Source: Sphyrna mokarran
Lineage: Eukaryota
Reading direction: 5' to 3'
NCBI GenBank assembly: GCA_024679065.1
Contig: JAGIQG010000013.1
Location: 76,384,001 to 76,448,000, forward strand
DNA: 64,000 nucleotides
Below, piece after piece: positions 53,201 to 64,000 of the stretch (positions are counted from its first letter, which is position 1; each line of letters begins with the position of its first letter). Under the pieces are notes generated by a model. That model had not been told where the DNA came from and searched no databases. It saw only the letters and a program-made list of their open reading frames with translations. Made by a program: the position numbers and the translations under genes.

Positions 53201-53404
53201 TTTTACCTTTTGAACTGTTGTGCACTTTGTCCACACTTTCAATTCAAGAGAATGCCAGCACATTCTATTTTCAGAGCTCAGATTAATTTGTTTTCCCCTC
53301 CTAAACAAATTTTGAAATCAGCATAAGAATTGTTACTATTTTGGATATCAACCTTTTTTTAAAAAAAAAGCACCGTTAATATGTGAAGGAGTTTATAGTC
53401 AAGA

Positions 53405-53720
53405 GACTTTACTGCACAATGTCTCTCGTGTATTAAGGAAGTGCTGCACTGTTGGAGGTGCCGTCTTTCAGATGGGATGTAAAATGAAGGCCCCAGCTGA
53501 CTCCTCAGGTGACCAAGCAGGATTAACCTGATGTCCTGATCAATACCCATCAACAAACATCACAAAACAGATTATCTGGTAATCATTACTGTTGTTGTGC
53601 AGTTTGCTACCATGTTTCCTACACCATAAGAACTAAAATCCTTGCATATTCATAGTGATTATACTTCAGTTGTATTCCATCGACTGTAAGCATAACATGA
53701 TTGTGATAATCATGTGCAAG
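53405..53720 (+). mobile_element. Deu-domain SINE, SacSINE1/AmnSINE-like (also about 27750-27950 +, 33180-33460 -, 42440-42850 -, 47700-47850 -, 53730-54040 -, 62210-62900 -)
   Basis: GTGCTGCACTGTTGGAGGTGCCGTCTTTCAGATG core. Confidence 0.7.
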
Positions 53721-54172
53721 TCTTTCTGTTTCTTCTAGAAGAAAGACTTGTATTTATGCTATGACTTGAGAAAGTCCCAGAGTACTTTACAGCTAAATAA
53801 GCTCTTCTAAAGTTAAATCACTGTTCTAACATAACAGCCATTTTTTACACAACTAGGTCCCAGCAATGTAATAATGATCAGATAATCAATTTTTTGTGGT
53901 GTCAATTCAGGCATAGGTATTGATCAGGACACATGAGAACCCTTTGCTGCTCTTCAAATTAGTATACCGGGGTCTTATGCGTCTCTCCGGCACAGAACAT
54001 TTCAAAAGTGGGACTTAAAACAGGTGACTTTCTGACTCAGTTATGAGTTTCTTGTGCAGTAAGGAGAGCTGTGAAAATGCATAATCAACCTGATGTTATG
54101 AAATAGTGATTTTTGACTGCTATAGATGATAAACAAATATGCTTTATTTTTCTCCATGCTTCATAATTGCAG

Positions 54173-54225
54173 AATGCAACTAATGAAAATCCTGTCATTC
54201 AACTCAGTGCTGTTCAGGCTGCAAG
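54173..54225 (+). CDS. KPNA3: KPNA3 exon 5 (53 nt)
   Basis: ttgcag|NATNENPVIQLSAVQAA(R)|gtgagg. Confidence 0.96.
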
Positions 54226-55278
54226 GTGAGGTGATTTATTAGCTTTGATGTTAACTGTTGAATATATAGGACAATGTGATTGGACTTAAATGGTAATTAT
54301 ATTAGTTCAGTACTGTTTTACACTGATTTTTAGTTACTTTAATTATGTCTTGTATCGGTATTTTGCAGTCAGCTATGAACATAAAATGTAGATACTGAAG
54401 CTGAGAGTTTAATCATTTGTCACGAATAGCTCACTTTACAGCTCTGTATTTTAAGTTCAACAACAAACTGATCTCCTAACTGTCTTCACATAGCAGCTTT
54501 GCAAATACAGAGAAAATCTAGGATTTGCACTTTTAGATTTTAACAAAAACATTTACTTATTGTTTTCAGTTTAGAAAAATGTCCTATGGCACTTCACAGG
54601 ATGCTGCAACAAATAGTAAAATGTTAGGGGATGTGTCCAAGTTTGAACTTGGTCAAAGAGTTGGGTTTTAGGAGGTTCTTAAAAGAGGAGAAATAGGTTT
54701 AAAGTTTGTTTATTAGTCACAAGTGGGCTTACATTAACATTGCAATTAAGTTACTGTGAAATTGCCCTAATCGCCACACTCCAGCGCCTGGTCAGGTCAA
54801 TGCATCTAACAGGCACGCCTTCAGATTGTGGGAGGAAGCTGGACAATGACCCAAGCTGGAAATCGAATCCGGGTCCCTGGAGCTGTGAGGCAGCAGTGCT
54901 AAGAACTTGTGCCACCAAACTCTTATCATTAAGAAGAGAATTGCAGAGCAGTGGTGTCCAACCTTTTCGGTAACATGTTATACTTCAATGAAGGGGTTTA
55001 GCGAAGTTAAATACATGTGGTTACGGGGATAAGACTTGGTCCTGAGTCAGTGCAGATTCAGTAGGTCAAATGGCATTCTGTACTGTCAGGATTCTATGAC
55101 TGTATAATTCTAGTTGTAACACTTCACTTGCTGCAGATACAGCAATGGTTCACTCAAAGCATTTGTGCTGCCACAATTTACATTATTCATTGTTACCAAA
55201 ATTTTATTTGTTATACATGTATTAAGGCTATTTAAAACATCTATGTTTCTAATTTAATTGCTTTTCAAAATCTTACAG

Positions 55279-55374
55279 GAAGCTGCTGTCAAGTGATAGG
55301 AATCCTCCAATTGATGAATTAATAAACTCTGGAATCTTACCAGTCCTGGTACGATGTCTAGAAAGAGATGACAA
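55279..55374 (+). CDS. KPNA3: KPNA3 exon 6 (96 nt, ARM repeat)
   Basis: ttacag|(R)[31 protein letters not shown](N)|gtaagt. Confidence 0.97.
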
Positions 55375-56339
55375 GTAAGTGTTTTGATATAGTCACCCCT
55401 TGTGTTTACTTTACATATGTGAATTATGAAAAATACTGACAATATAACTTGCATCAAATTGCTGTATTGTCTGCTGGCCTTTATGCTTTGCCTATTAAAA
55501 GTAGAATTTTAACTGCTGTGCTACATACACTAATTTCTATTCCTGCATGTATTCAACTTTCATCTTTCTTCTGTTTAGGTACATTTAGCATAGTGATATT
55601 TGAGATATTTTTGTTTCAACAAATGCAGGACTTGATTAGTAATACATGTTGCTGTTTGTTAATAGAAGTTACCTACATTCTGATCTAGAGTTTGATTTGA
55701 CTCAGCTTTGCATTTTGAGCATATGCATTAACTAATTGTAGAACCCAAGTATTTTGCAGTTTGTGATGTCGACAGCCTCTTCGTATCTGTCTTAATTTAA
55801 AATGATTCATTGGCTAAGCAAACTAGCAGGGTGATTCTTTGTCACAAACTTGACTTGGCTGCAAGAAGCTACAGGGAAGAAATGGATTAGATTGCCTACA
55901 AACTCTTCTTTAGTTTCTCACTGAGATGTAGCTGCAGATTAAGGTTGGGAGTCCATCTCAGGGCTATTCATATACTGTTATATAGGGAACTATCATTGCA
56001 ATTTTATGTATGCAATAGTAATAGGGTGTGCTGGAAGGGCTGTTTCTCCAGTATTGTTGGTCCCAGACAGTTTACATTATCCTAAATTAGTCTTGTATTT
56101 GAGATTCTGGTCATCAAATAATGTTTTCCTCTTTCCACTGACTACTGAACTAACATATTGGATGCAATGATGAATCTCATCAACATCTGCCTTTGTCAGC
56201 AGAAGCCACCAAGATATGGGAAGTGGTTTCATGTTGTGGTAGATGGTTGGACAAGGACTTCAGGTTTCTGAGTGTTTGGCAAAAGATTCATTTTTTCTTT
56301 TGCTTTGGAGAAAGAGTCAACATTGACCCAGAGTTCTCT

Positions 56340-56730
56340 TTGAGTGAGTGCACACAGGTTCCATCTGCATACTGGAACTAAGTGGCTTTGGATTAAAATT
56401 GAAGCAGGAAGAAAACTCCCAGGCGGACTGAAAACACTTCAAGGATGTCCTCAAAGCATCCTTGAAGAGCTCAAGTATCCCTGGCTCGTGATTCTCCAAA
56501 ATGGAGAAAGTACATTTGGGAAGGCACTGAACACATCAATAGATCTGTCAGGGGAAATCGAAATGCAGAGACAGTACACTAATCTCCAAAGAAGACATCT
56601 ACACCAATCCTTCAAGTACCAACCACTCCACGTGGCAGAATCTGCGGATCCTGCAGTTATTAGCCATTTCAGAGCCATTAGACAGGAACAAATGCAAGTG
56701 TCCTTGACCCAGAGGAACTGCTTAAAAAGA
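56340..56730 (+). mobile_element. RTE-clade LINE 3' remnant
   Basis: Decayed PGG..K.FKDVLKASLK segment and a C-terminal GRICGS...ISHFR zinc-knuckle-like segment. Confidence 0.55.
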
Positions 56731-57686
56731 AGGTATACTGTGATGTAATACTTGTTTTGATTATGCAGGAAAAGTACTTTGAGCTTTGAGATCAAATAGT
56801 TGCTCAATGCTGTCCAAGTCCTGATTAAATATGATGTTGGATTTCACAGAGTATTTTTGCATACATTGTAATCCCTTAGGTCTTGGCATAATTTCTATGC
56901 TATGCCTTTGCTTTCAATGTAACGAAAGTAGTGTACCAGTTACTGAAAAGAGTACATGCTAGACCAAGCCCTTAAACCTCTTGAATGATGGCATTAAATA
57001 TTGAAAAACAGCGCCATGTACCTTCAAAGAGTCAGTCTCTCTTGACCGCATTTACTTGTCTTCTAGCAGAAGGGAGAAGGCAACAGAGGCAAAAACATTC
57101 TCCAAATCGGTGCATCACCTTCAGATCAACATGTCTGGTCTGCTGCACCAACACCCACCGCTGCCAGTGAATGTTAAATTTAAAAGAATTCAGATCGTTA
57201 TATGAGATCATTATCATTTTGAGAATTGATTCTCTTTGTTACTAAGTTGAGATTAAAGATTTTACCCTCCCCAGTCGGTTCCTGCACTGAAATAGATGTT
57301 GAGCAGAGACGGCAGCATTTCCTTGGAGTTGAGTGAGGACAATTGTGGTTGAATTTGTACTGTTGCTAGGCTGTTGACATACATTGCTCTGCAACCAATC
57401 AAACAAGACCATTGGTAGAATTTGAGAAGAGAGCTGACAAACATTTTCAACCAGCAGAAATCATGTGGGATATTAGAATGGCAACATTTGCAGGAGTTAA
57501 TGGAGGCTGCATGGAAGTTGAGTGCATCAGACATTAGATAACAGCCCAAAGCAGATAGAAATGTTGTTACTTACTGCAGTTCTCAAATGTTAATGCAATG
57601 AAAATATAATTGAAGCCCATATAGTTATTTGCTTTACAATGTAGAGGTGTTTGATTTGTTACAGCGTAATAATGTATGTTCATTGA

Positions 57687-57785
<99 letters not shown>

Positions 57786-59227
57786 TGACAAAAAAACAAT
57801 CTGATGGTGATTTTAATCCAGTCGTATTTTATAATTTTTTGATCATGTATCTTGTTACTCCTCATTTCTAACAAATTTACCTATAATATGCAAATGAAAT
57901 GATAGAATCCGGTGTTAAATGTCAAACCTATTTTTTTCAGAGCACTGGCAGTGCTTGATGGAAACCTAGAACAGCATGTTTCCTTAAAAAAAACAATCTT
58001 GAATGACTGTCAATGCAGGAATACTTTGACAGTTTTATAATGTGTGAAAGCACAATGCTTGCAGAGAGTTCAGTTTTCAGACATGAATTCAGTGCAAGCA
58101 TCTTCGACGTGATTAGAGTTTCAATTGACAATAAGTGCAGAAACTTATTTTATATAAATGTAAATTTCAGTTCTGTACTGTTCAGCCATCCATGCTAAAT
58201 ATTTCAATGTAATTTTCTGTTTCTTTTGTGAAGAAGGTAATGTAGAAATGAATATTTATAGAACTGTTTAATTGAATTTTTAGAATGCTTCAACAGTTTA
58301 GGCCTCTATAATTTGACTTCCATTATGTCCACAGCAATTTTAGTCACTGACATTTTTGTGACAAGGTTGCCCCTTGTCCTCCTTGATCTCTGGGCAGCAG
58401 TCAACATGACAAATCCTTCTGTCATCCTCCACTATCTCTCATTTCTAATCTATCTTCACAGGTGTTCCCTTAACTGATTCTCCTCCTTCTCCCATTTGAA
58501 CCGATAATAATTTTTCATAGTGTTGCACTCGATACTTTCTTTGATCCCACTCTCTTTGCTCAATTATATGCTGCACTTTGCAAACATTGTTCACAGATAT
58601 GGGTGAATTTGCATCTGTCTGCCATCAACACCATGCTGTACATGTCACCAAAATCTTCGATTCCACAACTACCTTGGTATTGTCAGCTGTCTGATATCAT
58701 ATTAATAAGGCAGATTTTCTTTCAGTTGAACACTGAGAAGATCAAAACTAGCAATGTAAAGAAAACTTTTTGATCTTGCTGTCAATGCTATGAGCAATAA
58801 TAGTGCTCAAGTCATTGTGTAAATTTCATTTCAAACACAATATTCTCTCCAACACTAAGATAATGCACCCATTATTCCTGCCCTCATCATACGTTTCTTT
58901 TAATCATTTTGATAGAAAAAGATGTAAAATTGTACACGTTGCTATTTTTCCAGAGTAAAAGTAGTGTGTAAAAGATTTTGCATTCCCACCACTATTCTGC
59001 TAAAACCTAAGTGTTGCATTGTGTGTTCACCTGCTTGGTAAAACTGACATTTTCATTTATAGGCAGACTTATTGAAGGAATATTTTCATGACTGATCATT
59101 TAAACCTGAATCCTAAAAATGGAATGCTCTCACCTCTGCACTTTAAACCAAGTTATAAGCTAAATTTTACACATGTATTCTTTTAACTGCAATTCTCCAG
59201 TTGTTTCTTCAATTAGAATAGAACTAA

Positions 59228-59350
<123 letters not shown>

Positions 59351-61359
59351 TAAAAATCTTTTTTTAATGCTGTTAAAACATGGGATTTGTGGTTTTATAA
59401 ATCAAGGAAAAGCAAAGAAACTAAGCTAAATCTTTATAAATTGCTGCTTAGGTCTCAGTAATGCCTAAATCTAGGCACCATAGATATCTAATCTTTATAG
59501 AGGGTGCAGAGGAGATTTATTAGAATTTTAAAAATTTATTCATGCAATGTGGGCATTGCTGGAAAGTCCAGCATTTAATGCCATCCTTAATTGACCTTGA
59601 GATAGTGGTCCACTGCCTTGTTGAACTGGTGCAGACCATGTGGGGAGATACTTGTGTGATGCTTCTCAGTTGGGAGTTTGACCAAGTGATAATGGAATAG
59701 GGATGCATTGAAGTCAAGAAAATATGTGACTTGGATGGAATTGGTTCCATTGGATGGATGGATGTGGTTCCCACATGCCTACTACTTTTGTCCTCAGGTG
59801 AGGTTGTGGGTTTGGAAGGTGCTGTAAACCAGCAGCAGTGTGCTGGTGTTGAAGAGACTGAATGTTTATGGTGATGGCATACAAGTGGGCTGTGTTATCC
59901 TAATGATGCTGAGCTTCTTGAGCATTGTTGAAATTGTACTTTCGCAAGTGAAGAATATTCCATCATACTCTGAATTGTGCCTATTAAATGGTGAAATTGT
60001 CCCCATGAGATGTTTATAGTGGGGAATCTGGTGATGTAAATGGTATTGAATGTTAAGGAGAGGTGATTAAACTCAATTTTATTGGAAACTGTTATTTCGG
60101 TGCAACCCTTGACTGCCTTATAGGCACAGACTGTTCTATTATCTGAAAAGTTGGAAATCAGCCAGCATCTCCACTTCTGACTTTGGAAGGAAAGTTATTC
60201 ATGAAGCAGCTGGAGAAGGCTGGGCTGAGGACGTTGCCATGAGGAGCTTGTGCGGCAAAGTCCTGTAACTGAAATGATTAACCTCCTGACTCTTAGAGTA
60301 GATTGTGATTTCAGTTTTTCAAGAATTCTTTCCACTCTTGTCAAATGCTATCAGTCTCAAATCACCTCTGGTATTCAGCCCCTTTGTTCCTGTTTGGACC
60401 ATGACCACAAAGAACTCTGGAGTCATATGGCAATAATGGAACTCAAATCCAATATTGGGAACAGGTTATTGGTCTGTCAACAGCACCTTCCATTTCTTTG
60501 CTGAAAATAGCCTGACTCCAGGTACGAGGCCCTGAGTTACGTGGAGAGACGAAAGAAGCTGTCATTGTTCTCAGAGCCAGAGACGTTAAGAAGAGATTTA
60601 ATACAACTGTTCAGAGTTGTTGCGTCTTGGATAGAAGAGGGTCCACTGACAAGACAGACAGTAACCAAAACAGAGACTTATGGTAATCGGCAAAACTATC
60701 AGAAGAGAGATGAACAGACACGTATTTTACAAAGCCAGTTGTTATGGTCTGCAGTGCATTACCTGAAAAGAATGAAAGAAACAGGTTCAGTAGAAACTTT
60801 CGAAAGGGATTTGGATAAATACTTGACAACATAAACTTTAAGGGCTAAAAGTTTATTAATGTCACAATTAGATTTACATTAGTACAGCAATGAAGTTACT
60901 GTGAAAAACCTCGAGTCGCAACATGCAGGCGTCTGTTTGGGTACGCCAAGGGAGAATTTAGCACAGCTAAGGCATCTAACCAGTATGTCTTTTGGACTGT
61001 AGGAGGGAACTGGGATACCTGGAGGAAACCCATACAGACATGGGGAAAATGTGCAGAATCAGCCATCGATTCAAGCCGGGAATCATACCTGGGTCCCTGG
61101 CACTGAGGCAGCAGTGCTGCCCTGGAAGAACAATAGTGAAGGATTTACTGCAAAGTTATTTCAAGGAGCCAAAACAGGCACAATGGGATTATTGGCCTCC
61201 TTTGTATGATTTAGTATTGACAACTTAAGCTCAACCATTCAAACAAACCACCAAAATGGCATATGTTTTTTTGATTTTAATTGTTTTAATGAGTTAGTGC
61301 ATTAACATTTTCATCTAGCTACAGTATATGCATCAGCCACATCATTGCTTCTTTCATAA

Positions 61360-61596
<237 letters not shown>

Positions 61597-62393
61597 TAAT
61601 TTGTCTGTTTGGTTGTTATGAGTGAAAGTACCTTATGCATTTGGCTAGGACAGATATATGTTTTAAATATTCTGGATAAACACCAGTTTCTTATCCCTTG
61701 AACTCATGAAATTCCATTATGATAGGTCTATATAGGTGGCATTTGCAAATTTGTAGGGAGTGAATACAATTAATGTTATTTGCCCAGGGTGAAGAGAAGC
61801 ATTGAAATTGGACATGAAGTATTGGTACTTATCCTTGTAATAACATCATGAATCTGTTTAACAAGTATATGTGCCAGTTTGGCATTGGAGAACATGATGG
61901 ATACTTGCTGTTCCATCAGCTAGGAATTTTCGTTAAACATGGAAATGCAAATGAATATATTTTAGAACAATTAGCATCAGCTCTTTGTTCTTTTCTATGT
62001 AGAGTGGTTTACCTTAAAGCTTCATTAGATCAGAAATAGTATTTTATTCTTTCACGCAGCCCCAGGAAAGAAATTACTCATGTGTCTTACATATGACTGC
62101 AGACCCACAGCATTGTGGTTGACTCTCAACTGTCTTCAAGGGCAAATCAAAATGGTTACCAAATATTTAGCCTTGTGAGAAATGTCTACAAGCCATGAAA
62201 GAATCATTTTACAAAGGGACATCCCAAAACACTTAAGTGAAATACTTCTTAGATATTGCAATGTAGAAAATACAATTGCCAATTTGCACACACAAGTTTT
62301 CACAATGTGATACGTGACAGATCATTTCCAGTGGTGTTGATCCATGGATAATTGTTGTTTGGGATACAGAAAGAGCTCCCTGGTTCTTAGAAA

Positions 62394-62704
62394 AGTAAGA
62401 ATTCTCACAACACCAGGTTAAAGTCCAACAGGTTTATTTGGTAGCATAAGCTACTAGCTTTCAGAGCACTGCCCCTTCATCGGGTAAGAGGAATTTCAGT
62501 TCACAAACAGGGCATATAAAGACACTAACTTGATGTCTGTGTTGACATACCGTGTTTGTGAACTGAAATGCCACTTACCCGATGAAGGGGCAGTGCTCTG
62601 AAAGCTAGTAGCTTATGCTACCAAATAAACCTGTTGGACTTTAACCTGGTGTTGTGAGAATTCTTACTGTATTTACCCCAATCCAACGCCAGCATCTCCT
62701 CATC
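62394..62704 (+). mobile_element. Penelope-like fold-back element nested in a Deu-type SINE
   Basis: 116-bp inverted arms 62394-62509 / 62553-62668 (2 mismatches), tail to 62704, imperfect TSD TCTT(A/T)GAAAAGT. Confidence 0.85.
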
Positions 62705-63556
62705 TTTGAAAAGTGAGATGCGATTGTTCTCTTTCACTATAAGAGGGCAATTAGGGCTCTGCTTTAATGATTCAGCCTTTTGACACTGCAATCCTTTGTC
62801 AGTACTGTATTGAACTGTCAGCAAGCGTTGATTATGTGCTCAAATCTCTGAAATGGGGTAGAACCAATAACCTTCAGACTCAGGTGCTACCTCTGCACTT
62901 AAAGTAACAGATCTGACAGACCAAGAAGAGCTGAGGTTCAGACAATAGGCAGGGGAGAGTTACTGAGGAAGGCAATTCTGTTGATTTTTCTGACCCTGCG
63001 TGAATAAATGGAAATTTCTGATTGGATTTTTTATTCTGGTTGCTAGTAATTGTTCGTTGGGAGGGAGGCGTATATGTGCATTGAGTCAGGCTGTGTTGTC
63101 CCAAAATGTCAACACCCACTAACCTGAGCTTTCATATAACAAAATTGGCACTTAAAAGAGTTGCAGAGAGCTGTTGATGCTAATTCAACTCTATCTCAGT
63201 AAATCTCACTTGCAACAGTACATTGAACAGGCAGAGAATTGAATGGGGGTTAAAAATGCAGACCCCAGATACTGTGACATATGTTTTCTATATGTCAATA
63301 GTTAATGACACCAATTGCCCTTGAATGAGTACAGTAGCAGTTGAGCAATGATTGGTCTATGGTTTGTAATATACGAACATACAAGGATTATCCCCCAGCA
63401 TCTTCTGTAGACATTTTTATTTACAAATAATTCCAGTGCTTTTGAGTACTAGTTGACCATTTTCAAATAGGATTACAGAGGAGCTGCCATGATCAGATTG
63501 TTCACCTGTTGGCTTGATGTATTTTTCCCATATACGTTGCAGACAATTATTACTGT

Positions 63557-64000
63557 CAACAAAGAACAAAACAGCACGGGAAACAGGCCCTTCAGCCCAA
63601 CGAACCCGCGCCGCCACCCCGATGTTCCCACCTCTACCCCGTGATCCCTGTCCATGTTTATAGATGTATGGATTAAAAAACAAATTTGAGACAACTTAGG
63701 GAGAATTTGTTTTGCCAGTTAGCCTAAGAGCACATCTTTGGGATGTGGGAGGAAACTGGAGCGCCCGGAGAAAACCCACGCAAGCACAGGGAGAATGAGC
63801 AAACTCCCACAGACACAGGCCCAAATCCATGTATCTGCACAGCACAGCGATAGTCACTGAGCTGTCGTGTTGCCCATCAAGTGGTCCAGGTCAAGCATAC
63901 ACTAACGATGTGATGCACTAGGATACTCTCAAAAAAGATCCAAGAGCAGTCCTCTCACGACCCATCGGGTGTATGCCCCTCATTAGACAACAAGGTGGAC
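63557..64000 (-). mobile_element. Second copy of the CR1 3' UTR/V-domain element (runs off the window)
   Basis: Collinear with and highly similar to 40013-40450. Confidence 0.85.

Noticed and set aside
48620-56260. Intronic C/D snoRNA or scaRNA candidates at TGATGA motifs (about 48627, 50167, 56168)
   Set aside because: No convincing terminal stem, D-box spacing or recognisable guide sequence

Overview
Vertebrate nuclear DNA, almost certainly from a shark (inferred from HE1/V-SINE, Deu-domain SINE, CR1/HER1-like, Rex1-like and Penelope repeats). It holds a complete 4-exon EBPL gene on the minus strand (CDS 11468-17606/17648) and exons 1-9 of KPNA3 (importin alpha) on the plus strand (19446-61581, continuing past the window). 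The genes lie head-to-head, about 1.8 kb between start codons. That gap is mostly a ~40-bp minisatellite whose unit carries a CTCF-like motif. KPNA3 intron 1 starts with a ~1.9-kb C-rich tract that may be poorly sequenced. The rest is intronic or intergenic retroelement debris. Most notable: (1) Penelope-type fold-back insertions carrying minimal hammerhead-ribozyme motifs whose stems covary between copies; (2) the CTCF-motif array in the putative bidirectional promoter; (3) a CR1 LINE family that captured a V-SINE in its 3' UTR; (4) a tRNA-Pro(AGG)-like sequence with an intron-like insert; (5) a 42-bp repeat that may be a decayed coding exon. Repeat family names come from recall of consensus sequences, not a database search, and repeat boundaries are approximate.
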